The notes under the pieces are model-generated. The model was not told the origin of the DNA. It searched no databases and saw nothing but the letters and a program-made list of their open reading frames with translations. From Amycolatopsis taiwanensis DSM 45107 (GTDB lineage Bacteria; Actinomycetota; Actinomycetes; Mycobacteriales; Pseudonocardiaceae): a stretch of DNA of 64,000 bases. The translations under genes and the position numbers were made by a program. Of this stretch, positions 37,936 through 47,687 are shown piece by piece. Numbering within the stretch: the stretch's first letter is position 1; the number at the start of each line of letters is the position of its first letter. The stretch is taken from the NCBI RefSeq assembly GCF_000519205.1, contig NZ_JAFB01000005.1, positions 37,724-101,723 on the forward strand, in the 5' to 3' direction.

Positions 37936-39720
37936 TCAGCTTCGCTTTACGCCGGCGCGAGACGTTGTCTTTTTCTGCGGTCCTTGTTGTGACCTTCGAC
38001 GAGGTTTCGGCTTTGGCGGTTGCGCGGCCGGCGGCGTTGGCTCCTTTCTGGTGACGGTTAATCGGACGGTGCCGTTGTTGTTGCCATAGAACCCCCAAGC
38101 GTCGTTGGCGAAGGCATAGAGGTAACCGCCGTGGCGCACTTGGTGGACGCTTGTGCCCCCGGTGCCGATGTTGATGCGTTGGTGGCCGGTGTTGGGCTTG
38201 CCGTTGACAGTGACCGCGTTGTTCGCGACGTAGCCGACCAGCGACATCCACGGCAGGTCTGGTTCGCGTGGGGCCCCGAGGAAAGACGCTTGTTCGTCCC
38301 CGGATAGGCGGCGGTACAGCATCTCACACCTACCGATCAGGCTTCCCCAGCTGCGCCACGCTCTCTCCACCGCTACCACGGGCTCTCGCCAGTCAAACAA
38401 CCCTGTGCTGCCGTTCGGGCCCGAGGGGATGTCCATATCCAGCCACTCGCCCTCGGCTTCGAAGGTGTAGTCGCCCGGTTCGAGATAGATGCCCGTGTCG
38501 TTCCATGGCTCTCGCGCGAACACCTCGGCTTGCTGGGGGTGCCCCACGGTGGCGGTGCGCGTAGGTCGGTACGGCCCGCTGGTGATGGGTGGGTCGTTCG
38601 GGTTTTGACGTTCGTACGCAGACTCGTGCACGTAGATGGAGTCATGCACGTGATGCAGATTCGCCGGCGGGGTGGGGGCATCCCGGTGGTCGAGCAGAGG
38701 GATCGCCCGCGGCCGTAAGGAAAGGAAGGGCTCCATCGCCGGCTCGAGCACCGGGTTGAGCCAGCCGAGTGCGCTGCGGTCGTCGTCGTGGAGGAGATCG
38801 TGGGGATCCGGGTGGATCTGCCGCGTGGTGCTCGGGTGGAAGGCGAGCTTGATGTCATGTTCTGCCTGTTCGATCATCCACTGCAGGGCGCCGTCGCTGA
38901 GCCCGATTTCGCGATGGCCGCCGCCGACGTCCAGGTGACTGCCGGGAAACCACACCTGTTTGACCTTCTGCGGTTGGAGAATATCGGGCGGTGACGACAT
39001 CTCCTCCCACAGCGTGGGCGAGAAGGTGCCACGGGATTCATCCACGGCCAGCGCCTGATAGGCGAACGAGACGTAGGGGTTGAGCCGGACGTCGTTGAAC
39101 TCATAGCGGCGAGAGGAGAAGCCCGGGGCAACCCAGCGCCAGGGATCCGGGATGCCCAGCGAGCCGACGGTGTCCCACACCCCGATGAACTTCACCGGGA
39201 GGTCCTTGGCGTTGCGCGGGTCGAACCAGAAGTCCAGACCGTCACGCCAGTGTTGATCGCCATCCTGGCCATCGCGGCCCCGCTGATCCTGGTAGCCCAA
39301 CTGGTAGCGGTGGTATATGCGTTTGATCCGGCACCAGGTGTCCTGTTCGTCTGGACCGCGGCGGATCAGGCCACACATCGCGATCAACCCGGCGAGGCTA
39401 CGCGCGGTGTAGGCGCCACGGCTGAAACCGAACAGCGCGATGTAATCGTCAGGCTGATAGTTCGTGATGAGCCAGTGGTAGCCTTCGAGCACATTGGCTG
39501 CCAAGCTTCGCCCTGGGCCGCGGCCGAGGCCCACACCAAAGCCACCGGCCATCAGCCTTGACACCACACCGCCGCGGGTGCCCACGCCCGTTATGTAGTA
39601 GCTCAGTTGCTTGCTGGGATCAGTCTTGTCGAGAGCGTTGAACAGTCGACGGACGTTCGTCACTGAATCTTGTTCAGGCGAGTTCCACGTGCCATCACAA
39701 CACACGATGAGATAGCGCAT
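37936..39720 (-). CDS. DUF2235 (Tle1-like alpha/beta hydrolase) protein with unknown beta-rich C-terminal domain
   Basis: The N-terminal MRYLIVCCDGTWNSP...GFSRGAYTARSLAG is the DUF2235 hallmark with a GxSxG-like motif. It is convergent with the giant ATPase. Confidence 0.8.
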   Translation of the reverse strand: MRYLIVCCDGTWNSPEQDSVTNVRRLFNALDKTDPSKQLSYYITGVGTRGGVVSRLMAGGFGVGLGRGPGRSLAANVLEGYHWLITNYQPDDYIALFGFSRGAYTARSLAGLIAMCGLIRRGPDEQDTWCRIKRIYHRYQLGYQDQRGRDGQDGDQHWRDGLDFWFDPRNAKDLPVKFIGVWDTVGSLGIPDPWRWVAPGFSSRRYEFNDVRLNPYVSFAYQALAVDESRGTFSPTLWEEMSSPPDILQPQKVKQVWFPGSHLDVGGGHREIGLSDGALQWMIEQAEHDIKLAFHPSTTRQIHPDPHDLLHDDDRSALGWLNPVLEPAMEPFLSLRPRAIPLLDHRDAPTPPANLHHVHDSIYVHESAYERQNPNDPPITSGPYRPTRTATVGHPQQAEVFAREPWNDTGIYLEPGDYTFEAEGEWLDMDIPSGPNGSTGLFDWREPVVAVERAWRSWGSLIGRCEMLYRRLSGDEQASFLGAPREPDLPWMSLVGYVANNAVTVNGKPNTGHQRINIGTGGTSVHQVRHGGYLYAFANDAWGFYGNNNGTVRLTVTRKEPTPPAAQPPKPKPRRRSQQGPQKKTTSRAGVKRS

Positions 39721-39968
39721 GATGACTTCCTCTCAGCGATCGAGACCACCTCCCGCAACACACCGCAAAGTCGGCAAAGCCCGGAAACAAGAACAACAGA
39801 ACATGAAGGCCCAGGCTGGGCATATCACCCGAGGCCGCCTCGCGTCTTCGTGCGCGGATTGTAGTCCGGCATCGTCACCGCTTACCTGTGAACCAGCCTG
39901 CGCACCCGCAATGATCGCCCTGGCCCGTCGAGTAGTTCGCGGCGCTCGCCGCCCACCGGCCGTCGAGG

Positions 39969-40523
39969 TCAGGAGCGGACTGCCCAGGGGTTGACGGCCA
40001 GCCGGCTGGTGTTGCCGAGGTCGATCCCGCCGTGCGGTTCGACGAGCTGGGCCGGTTCCCCTGCCGCTGGGGCAATCTCCAGATACCGGCCCTCCATCGC
40101 CGGCGCCGTCGAGTCCGTCATGGTGTTACGCCACAGCACCCGCGCCATCACCTGGTCGCCGGGCCGCAGCGTCACCGGCACGGGTTGGACGTCAAAGCTG
40201 TCCGGCGCGCTGATCGGCGTCGAACCATTGCCGACCGTGACTTCCAGGGGCTTTCGATCCGCGTCCAGCACCCGAACCGCCGGATAGCCGTTGGCGGTGT
40301 AGTCGCGGGTGCCGCAGTTGGTCAGCAGGATCCCGAGCGCTCGCAGGCCCATGGCGGCGTCCACCGCACCCGCGGTGATCCTGATGCCGGACTCCGGACA
40401 GGCCGCGGCAGCGCTCGCCGGCGACCCGGACGGCGTGGCCGGGAGTGGAGCCGGGGCGGGGCCGGAACAAGCGGCGATCAAGGCGGTTCCCACGAACACC
40501 AGGCCAAGGCGGCGGATCATCAC
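39969..40523 (-). CDS. DUF4232-like lipoprotein
   Basis: It has a signal peptide plus lipobox (LIAACSG), and Cys pairs within a beta-rich domain. Confidence 0.65.
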   Translation of the reverse strand: MMIRRLGLVFVGTALIAACSGPAPAPLPATPSGSPASAAAACPESGIRITAGAVDAAMGLRALGILLTNCGTRDYTANGYPAVRVLDADRKPLEVTVGNGSTPISAPDSFDVQPVPVTLRPGDQVMARVLWRNTMTDSTAPAMEGRYLEIAPAAGEPAQLVEPHGGIDLGNTSRLAVNPWAVRS

Positions 40524-40678
40524 GCGCCCACGCTACCTGGCGACTCATGGCAGGAGTTCGTACCGGACACCCTGTGGGCCGCCGGGCTCGAACCCGGAAC
40601 TCGTTCACCGCTCGGCTGGCGCCGCGGGTGGCCGTGTCGTGCGCCGACCCGCTCAATCCAACCGGCGGCGCGCGGATC

Positions 40679-41710
40679 TTAGGGGACTACGGCGACGCGC
40701 GGCGTGGGCGAGGTCGTGGTAAGCAGGTGGGTGAGGTCGGCGAGGGGAGCCGCGGGAGCGGTGAGGGTGGTCCAGGGGGCGTCGGTGTGCGCGAGGAAGT
40801 CGATGGCGTGGCCGAGGTGGCGAGGTTCGTAGTTGTGCACGCCGGTGATGGTGAGATGGCGGCGGACCACTTGTTCCGGGTCGACGGCAAGTGGCGTGCT
40901 CGGGGTGACCGAGCCGGCGAGGACGGCGGTGCCACCGATGTCGAGCAACGGAAGTGCCTGGTCGATCGCCGCCGAGGAGCCGGAGAAGTCGAGCACAACG
41001 TCCACTTCGGACGCTTCAGCCACAGTGGCCAGGACGCGGTTCGCGCCGAAGCGGGTCGCGTGGCCGCGGCGGTCGGAGTCGGGGTCCGCTGCGATGATCT
41101 CGGCCGCGTCGGAGCAGGCCGCGATGGCGGTCAGACCGAGCATGCCCGCGCCGATGACCAGGACCCGGCGGCCGTCCACCGCGCCGGCTCGGTCGAGCGC
41201 GGCCATGACGGTGGCCGTGGCGCACGCCGCCGGAGCGGCCACGGCGTCGGGTAGCGACCGCGGGACGCGCACGATCGTGCTCCCGCGGGGCAGCACCACA
41301 TGCTTGGCGTAGCCGCCGGACAACGGCCAAGGGCCGTCGAGGGGTTCGTGTCCGGTCTTGCGGACCGTGCGGCACTTGGCGGTCACCCCGCCGGCACAGC
41401 GATCACACTGTCCACACGGGACGGTGACGCTCCAGGTGACGCGGTCGCCGACCGCGACCGGTGAACCGTCGAGGCAGCTCGCGCCCGCCGGCCCCACCGC
41501 CTCGACGACGCCGGTCGCTTCGTGTCCCAGGATGCTCGGGCAGGGGGCGGGTCGCCGGCCGGAGACCGTGTGCCGGTCGCTGCCGCACACGGTGGCCAGC
41601 CGGACGCGCACCAGCACTTCGCGTGGACCGAGCGGCGGGATCGGGATGTCCTCGATCCTCACCCGGCCGCCGCCGCGCCAGACGGCCGCGGTGGTGGTCG
41701 CGGGGATCAC
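40679..41710 (-). CDS. phosphonate-catabolism-associated zinc alcohol dehydrogenase (HpnZ-like, MDR family)
   Basis: It has GHE, catalytic-Zn and structural-Zn Cys motifs (CGQCDRC). It lies in a cluster with PhnX-like and TIGR03364-like genes. Confidence 0.8.
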   Translation of the reverse strand: MIPATTTAAVWRGGGRVRIEDIPIPPLGPREVLVRVRLATVCGSDRHTVSGRRPAPCPSILGHEATGVVEAVGPAGASCLDGSPVAVGDRVTWSVTVPCGQCDRCAGGVTAKCRTVRKTGHEPLDGPWPLSGGYAKHVVLPRGSTIVRVPRSLPDAVAAPAACATATVMAALDRAGAVDGRRVLVIGAGMLGLTAIAACSDAAEIIAADPDSDRRGHATRFGANRVLATVAEASEVDVVLDFSGSSAAIDQALPLLDIGGTAVLAGSVTPSTPLAVDPEQVVRRHLTITGVHNYEPRHLGHAIDFLAHTDAPWTTLTAPAAPLADLTHLLTTTSPTPRVAVVP

Positions 41711-42385
41711 GCGGGCAGGCCGAGCAGATCGGGCAGGTCGGCCACCGATCCGACCAGGTGGGTGTGCCGGGCCCGGCCGAGTTCGTCGGGTGTGCCGGCG
41801 CCGCTGAGCACTCCGACCACCATCGCGGCACCGGAGTTGGTTCCGGCTTGGAGGTCACGTGGGGTGTCGCCGGCGACCAGGGTGGCCGCGACGTCGTGGA
41901 CGCCGGTGAGCTCCATCGCGTGGTGGATCATGTGCGGTGCCGGCCGTCCCCGTGGCACGTCGTCCCCGCACACGACGGCGTCGACGACCCCGGATTCCCA
42001 GCCGAGGGTGGCCAGCAGCTTGTCGACCACCTCGCGGTCGAAGCCGGTGGTCAACACCACCCGAACGCCGTTGCGGCGTAGCCGGGCGAGCGCGGGCACC
42101 ACGCCGGGAATCGGCTCCGGCGGGGTCCGCTCGTACGCGGCGCTCAACCTGGCGCGGAAGTCGTCGAGGGCGGCGTCCACCACGTGCTCGGCAGGCGGGG
42201 TGCCGTCGGGCGCTGCCAGCAGGTTCCGCAGCGCTTCCCGCTTCATCGCGCCGTGCCAGCGGTGGAACTCCTCCGGGCCCGCGTCCGACCCGGCCGCGGT
42301 GGCGGCCTCGGCGAGCGCCCGGTAGACCAACTGGTGTTCCTCCACGGTGGTTCCGGCCATGTCCAGCACTGCAAGTTCGATCACG
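41707..42385 (-). CDS. HAD-family phosphonoacetaldehyde hydrolase-like (PhnX-like)
   Basis: LAVLDMAGTTV is the HAD motif I with nucleophile Asp. The GTG start is at 42385. The ORF-track N-terminal extension to 43041 is rejected. Confidence 0.8.
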
Positions 42386-43142
42386 ATGTCTCCGCGGTCG
42401 TAGAGTTCACGTTGCGCACCAAGGAAGTGCGCGCGTCCAGGGTGTTGTTGAGGGTGAAGCTGACCAGGTCGGGTCGGTAGCGGTCGTCGGAGAACTCGAC
42501 GGCGGCGCCGGCCGAGTTCCTGGCCAGCCGGCGTTGCCGCAGCAGCGGCGCACCGACGGTGACGTCCAAAGTGTCCGCGTCGGTCTCGTCGGCGGGCACG
42601 GCGTCGATGACGTGCGACGCGGAGGCGAAGTCGATGCCGCGCGACTGCAGGTAGGCCCAGAGTGAGCCCGAATCGCAGTCGAAGTCGAACAGCAGGCGGC
42701 CGACCGGCTCGATGAACGAGCCACGCTCCAACAGCGTCGGCTGCCCGTCGAGCAGGCGTTGCCGCAACACGCTGACCACCCGCTGCCCCGGCTCGATGCC
42801 CAGTTGTGCGGCGATCTCGGGCGTCGCCGGCCGCAGCGCGAGTTCGAGCGTGCGCTGCCCGGGCGTGCGGCCGAGGTCGTGCGCCCACGCCGAGAACGAG
42901 AGCAGCGTGTCGAACGGCTGACCGAGCGCGTCGTGCCGGACCGTCGGCGGCTTGCCCCGCCCGCCCGCGATCAGCCCTTCGGAGCGCAGCGCCGCGAGCG
43001 CCTGGCGGACCGGTCCGCGCGAGGTCGACCACTCCGAGCACAGCTGCGACTCCGACGGGACCGGCTGCCCGATGGCGAGGTCGCCGCGCCGGATCCGCTG
43101 GCGCAGGTCGTCCGCGATCTGTTCGTGAAGGGGCGTGGACAC
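42381..43142 (-). CDS. GntR-family (HutC/PhnF-like, UTRA domain) regulator
   Basis: A wHTH N-terminus is followed by a UTRA effector domain. Confidence 0.85.
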   Translation of the reverse strand: MSTPLHEQIADDLRQRIRRGDLAIGQPVPSESQLCSEWSTSRGPVRQALAALRSEGLIAGGRGKPPTVRHDALGQPFDTLLSFSAWAHDLGRTPGQRTLELALRPATPEIAAQLGIEPGQRVVSVLRQRLLDGQPTLLERGSFIEPVGRLLFDFDCDSGSLWAYLQSRGIDFASASHVIDAVPADETDADTLDVTVGAPLLRQRRLARNSAGAAVEFSDDRYRPDLVSFTLNNTLDARTSLVRNVNSTTAETS

Positions 43143-43274
43143 AAGTTGACTATATAGGTCGCCGCAACCGCTCGGTCAAGAGAAAGTGTTGATGGTGAAC
43201 GGAATCTGAACAGGTCAAGGCATGTCGTTGGCGATCCTTGACGGCACTTACGGGGATGGTCGACCGTTCTTGTC

Positions 43275-44396
43275 ATGACAAGCTTGCGGTGGGCTGCCGA
43301 GACCGATCTGGTCGTGGTCGGGGCCGGGATCGTCGGGCTCTCGCACGCGGTCGAGGCGGTTGCCCGGGGGTTGTCCGTAACCGTCGTCGAGCGCGATGAG
43401 CGCGCGGTCGGCGCCTCGGTGCGCAACTTCGGCCACGGCTGCGTGACGGCCCAGTCCGGCGTCGCGCTCGAGTACGCGATGGCCGCCCGCCCCCGCTGGC
43501 TGCGGCTCGGCAAGGACGCCGGTTTCCTGGTGCAGGACGCCGGGACCCTGGTCGCGGCCCGCGCGGACGACGAACTGGCGGTGCTGGCCGAACTGCGCGA
43601 CCTCCGCGGCGACGACGTCGTGCTGCTGGATCGCGCCGCGGTCCTGGAGCGGGTGACGCTGGGCGAAGAGGTGATCGGCGGCGCCTGGCTGCCGCTGGAC
43701 CTCCGCGTCGACGCGCGGTCGGCCCCGGCCGCGATCGCGGCCTGGCTGGCGAGCCAAGGCGTGGTGTTCCACTGGGGCACCGCGGTGACCTCGACCGAAC
43801 CGGGCATCGTGCACACCGCACATGGTGACCTGTGTGCAAAGTGGACGGTCGTCGCGGTCGGCCACGACGTGGACCGCCTGCACCCGGAGATCGCCGCGAC
43901 GCACGGCGTTCGCCGGTGTGGCTTGCACATGCTGCGGGTGCGCGACCCGCATGCGCGACCGGTCGAGGAGGCCGTGCTGACCGGCCACGCGATGCTGCGC
44001 TACAGCGCGTTCGACGCCTGCCCCAGCCGGTCGGCCGTCCGCGACCGGCTCGCCGCTGTTGCACCGGAGACGCTCGACGCGCAGCTCAACCTGATGTTCA
44101 CCCAGCGTCCCGACGGAACGCTCACCATCGGCGACACCCATGACTACGCGACCACGTTGCCCCCCTTTCGCGACGAGGCCCGCGACGAGCTGATCCGGGC
44201 CGAGACCGCGCGCCTGCTCGGGGTGTCCACAGTGGACGTCCTGGAGCGGTGGCCCGGCGTGTACGCCTCGGCCCCCGAACCGTTCCTCATCGACACCCCA
44301 CACTCCGGCGCCCGCGTCGTGTCGGTCACGTCGGGCATCGGCATGACGACCGCCTTCGGCCTCGCCCCGGCCGTTCTCGACTCCCTCCTCACCTGA
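43275..44396 (+). CDS. FAD-dependent oxidoreductase, phosphonate-associated (TIGR03364/HpnW-like)
   Basis: VVVGAGIVGLSHA is the FAD-binding motif. It is divergent from phnF and upstream of phnDCE. Confidence 0.85.
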   Translation: MTSLRWAAETDLVVVGAGIVGLSHAVEAVARGLSVTVVERDERAVGASVRNFGHGCVTAQSGVALEYAMAARPRWLRLGKDAGFLVQDAGTLVAARADDELAVLAELRDLRGDDVVLLDRAAVLERVTLGEEVIGGAWLPLDLRVDARSAPAAIAAWLASQGVVFHWGTAVTSTEPGIVHTAHGDLCAKWTVVAVGHDVDRLHPEIAATHGVRRCGLHMLRVRDPHARPVEEAVLTGHAMLRYSAFDACPSRSAVRDRLAAVAPETLDAQLNLMFTQRPDGTLTIGDTHDYATTLPPFRDEARDELIRAETARLLGVSTVDVLERWPGVYASAPEPFLIDTPHSGARVVSVTSGIGMTTAFGLAPAVLDSLLT

Positions 44397-44425
44397 TCAC
44401 CCACGTCCTGTCCAAGGAGCACCCC

Positions 44426-45349
44426 ATGCGCATCCGTCGCCCCCTGACGCTCGCCTGCAGCGCGGCCCTCCTCGCCGTCCTCACCGCGTGCGGCGCCGAC
44501 TCGTCCGGCACCACCCAGGGCGCCAACGGGATCGAGTGCCCGAACGGCGGCACGGTCCGCTTCGGCGTCGAACCGTTCGAGGACCCGGCCAAGCTCACCC
44601 CCGCGTTCACGGTGCTGGCCCAGGCACTCGAGAAGCAACTGGGTTGCAAGGTCGAGTTGAGCGTCGTCTCCGGCTACTCGGCTGAAGTGCTGGCGATGCG
44701 CAACGGCAAACTGGAGATCGGGCAGTTCGGGCCGCTGGGCTACGTGTTCGCCAGCAGCCAGGCCGACGCGCAGCCCGTCGCTTCGTTCGGTGACGCGTCC
44801 GGCAAGCTGAGCACGTACACGGCCGGAATCTGGGTCCCGAAGGACTCGCCGATCACGACCGTCGAGCAGTTGCGCGGCAAGTCGCTCGCGTTGGGCGACG
44901 TCGGCTCCACCTCCGGCGACGCGTTCCCGCGGCTCGCGCTGCGCAAGGCGGGCCTTCAGGACAGCGACGTGCGCATCGACTACGCGGGCGGGCACCCGCA
45001 GGCGCTGCTGGCACTGACCAACGGCAAGGTGGACGCCGCCGAGATCAACACCCAGCAACTGGCCACCTCGACCCAGGCGGGCCAGTTCGACCCGGCACAG
45101 TACCGGCGGATCTGGGAGTCCGAGCCCATCCCCAACGACCCGATCACCGTGGCCGGCTCCCTGGACCCGAAGTTCCGCGACGCCGTGGCCAAGGCGCTGC
45201 TCAACCTCTCCCCGGGCGACGTGGCGAAGGTGGCCGAGTTCCTCGACGTGACGCCGCCCGGGCCGCTGGTACCGGTGACCAAGGAGACCTACGGCCCGCT
45301 GTTCGACCTGGCCAACACGCTCGGGCTGACCGAAAAGGACGCGGGATGA
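44426..45349 (+). CDS. phnD: phosphonate ABC transporter substrate-binding protein
   Basis: It has a lipoprotein signal (LTACG) and a PhnD-type binding fold. Confidence 0.9.
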   Translation: MRIRRPLTLACSAALLAVLTACGADSSGTTQGANGIECPNGGTVRFGVEPFEDPAKLTPAFTVLAQALEKQLGCKVELSVVSGYSAEVLAMRNGKLEIGQFGPLGYVFASSQADAQPVASFGDASGKLSTYTAGIWVPKDSPITTVEQLRGKSLALGDVGSTSGDAFPRLALRKAGLQDSDVRIDYAGGHPQALLALTNGKVDAAEINTQQLATSTQAGQFDPAQYRRIWESEPIPNDPITVAGSLDPKFRDAVAKALLNLSPGDVAKVAEFLDVTPPGPLVPVTKETYGPLFDLANTLGLTEKDAG

Positions 45350-45389
45350 GTAACCCTGTGCTCGCGCGCAAACTCGCGGAGAAACAAGC

Positions 45390-46124
45390 ATGAGCACGCT
45401 GCGGCTGACCGGCCTGCGCAAGTCCTTCGCCGGCCGGACCGTGCTGGCCGGGGTCGACCTGGACGTGCCCGCGGGCGAACTCGTCGCGGTGCTCGGCGCC
45501 AACGGTTCGGGCAAGTCGACCCTGCTGCGGTGCGCCGCCGGGCTGCTCGAACCGGACGAGGGCCGGGTCACGATCGACGGCGCTCCGGCGGGGCCCTGCG
45601 ACATCGCCATGGTGTTCCAGCAGATCCACCTGGTGGCCCGGCGAAGCGTGCTGGACAACGTGTGCGCCGGAGCGCTCGGCCGGTTGTCCCTGCACCGGTC
45701 ACTGCTGCCCGCGCTCTACCCGAGCGAGCTGCGCGTCGAGGCCATGGGGTGTCTGGACCGGGTCGGCCTCGCCGACCGCGCTGCCGACCGCGCCGGGCAG
45801 CTCTCCGGTGGCCAGCAGCAACGCGTCGCGATCGCCCGTGCGCTGTGCCAGCGGGCTTCGGTCGTGCTGGCCGACGAACCGGTGTCGGCGCTGGACCCGG
45901 CGGCCGCGGAGAAGGTGATCACCTTGCTGCGTGACGTGGCCCGTGCGGGCTACGCGGTCGCGGTCGTGCTGCACCAACCCGAACTCGCCCTGCGGTTCGC
46001 CGACCGCGTGGTCGGCATGCTCGACGGCCGCGTCGTCGTGGACCGCGCAGTGAGCGACCTCGACTGGTCCACTGTGGACCAGCTGTACGCCCCGGACCAC
46101 GTGACCGAAGGAGCGCTGCGATGA
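45390..46124 (+). CDS. phnC: phosphonate ABC transporter ATP-binding protein
   Basis: Walker A is GANGSGKST and the signature is LSGGQQQRV. Confidence 0.9.
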   Translation: MSTLRLTGLRKSFAGRTVLAGVDLDVPAGELVAVLGANGSGKSTLLRCAAGLLEPDEGRVTIDGAPAGPCDIAMVFQQIHLVARRSVLDNVCAGALGRLSLHRSLLPALYPSELRVEAMGCLDRVGLADRAADRAGQLSGGQQQRVAIARALCQRASVVLADEPVSALDPAAAEKVITLLRDVARAGYAVAVVLHQPELALRFADRVVGMLDGRVVVDRAVSDLDWSTVDQLYAPDHVTEGALR

Positions 46125-46975
46125 CCGCGACCGAGGACGTCGAGCGAAACCGGTTGAGCCCGCCGCGCAGACGGGTGCTGGGCTCGGCCGGATTGGTCAT
46201 CACGGTCGTGCTGGTCGCCGTGCACGTGCTCGCCTGGCGGGAAACGGACTTTTCACCGGCCGCGCTCGTCAAGGGCTGGCACGGCATGGTCGACTTCCTC
46301 GACGACGCCGTCCCGCCCGACTTCGACTGGAACCGTGTCGTCGCACCGGGTCTCTCCGCCGCCTTGGTGACGTTCTACATCGGACTGCTCGGCACCACGT
46401 TCTCCATCCCGTTCGCATTCCTGCTGGCGTTGGCCGCGGCGCGGGCGACCACCCGCAACACCTGGGTCTACCAGGCGGCCCGCGCGCTCCTGTCGGCCCT
46501 GCGGGCCATCCCGGACGTCGTGTTCGCGTTGATCTTCGTGACCGCCGTCGGGCTCGGGCCGTTCGCCGGCGTGCTGGCACTGGTCTGCCACAACACCGGC
46601 GTGATGGGCAAACTCTGGGCCGAGGCCATGGAGGAGGCCGACCTCGGGCCCCGGGACGCGTTGCGCGTCACCGGCGCGTCGAGCGTGCAGATCGCGGCGA
46701 ACGCCGTGCTGCCCACCGCGCTGCCGCAGATGACCGGCCTGCTCCTGTACCGCCTCGACGTCAACGTGCGTTCGTCGTTGGTGCTCGGCCTGGTCGGTGC
46801 CGGCGGCATCGGGTTCCTGATCAACCAGTCCATCCAGTTGTTCCGCTTCGACCAGATGGTGACCCACATCCTCATCGTGCTGGTGCTGGTCATCGTCGTG
46901 GACCAAACGTCCGCGCTGATCCGCCGCCGCATCGCCGGCCGGACAGCCAATCCCGGCCGGCCGACCCGTGGCTGA
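46121..46975 (+). CDS. phnE: phosphonate ABC transporter permease
   Basis: A polytopic permease whose start overlaps the phnC stop. Confidence 0.9.
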   Translation: MTATEDVERNRLSPPRRRVLGSAGLVITVVLVAVHVLAWRETDFSPAALVKGWHGMVDFLDDAVPPDFDWNRVVAPGLSAALVTFYIGLLGTTFSIPFAFLLALAAARATTRNTWVYQAARALLSALRAIPDVVFALIFVTAVGLGPFAGVLALVCHNTGVMGKLWAEAMEEADLGPRDALRVTGASSVQIAANAVLPTALPQMTGLLLYRLDVNVRSSLVLGLVGAGGIGFLINQSIQLFRFDQMVTHILIVLVLVIVVDQTSALIRRRIAGRTANPGRPTRG

Positions 46976-47159
46976 TGACACTCGGACTACCGCGGCACGA
47001 GCGCTCAGCGTCCGGGTTTGGCTGCACGGGGTTTCAACTTTCTTCAGAATTGCGTCGTTTTCCAGCAGCACTTATGCGTCTGGTTTCGCAAAAAGCAGTG
47101 CAACCTCATGACACACGCATCTGCATTGACTTCACTCGAACACTGGATCGAGCCTCACA

Positions 47160-47513
47160 TCAATGCGTTCTGAGTGACCCCGTCTGCGGGTCGAAGCAAA
47201 TCAGTCCACGAGCGTTCGCAGTCTCTGCCACAAAGACGGAGGCGCCATCTGCACTACGCCATGCGAGCGCAATATGGATATACGGCCCACTTGCGCCTCT
47301 GATCAGCGGAGTAGCAGCCCAAGGCGTATCATCACCAGTTTCCCTATCGGGCCACCGATCGGTGAGGGCGGCCACAAAATCTGCGATAGAACTCGCTGCC
47401 GGTACTAGCTCATCAGCTTCGAGGTATTGCTCATACAGACGCTCGTGCGCCCTAGCCGCCTCACGATCGTTCGGCGGCACGTCCCCTTGCCAAACGGCCA
47501 GGTCGTAGCTCAT
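47160..47513 (-). CDS. hypothetical protein in a local low-GC patch
   Basis: A 117-aa clean ORF (MSYDLAVWQGDVPPNDREAARAHERLYEQY...). The surrounding 46990-47560 is visibly lower in GC than its flanks. Confidence 0.5.
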   Translation of the reverse strand: MSYDLAVWQGDVPPNDREAARAHERLYEQYLEADELVPAASSIADFVAALTDRWPDRETGDDTPWAATPLIRGASGPYIHIALAWRSADGASVFVAETANARGLICFDPQTGSLRTH

Positions 47514-47687
47514 ATCTCACGTACCTCGTCTCGGAAGGTCTTGGAATATGCCACACCGCCGCTGGAAACCAGCCACCCTCTACCCAACTCCACGCAGCCG
47601 TCACCAACATCACGACCTCATACAGCTAGCTCGTTCGGCGGCGGGAAGGAAGCCGCCGCTATCCTGACGTCGGACTTGCCGGAGCCG

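Noticed and set aside
42386-43041. The N-terminal 220-aa extension of the HAD hydrolase ORF.
   Set aside because: The extension is Arg/Ala-rich junk antisense to the GntR gene. HAD motif I lies at the GTG at 42385.
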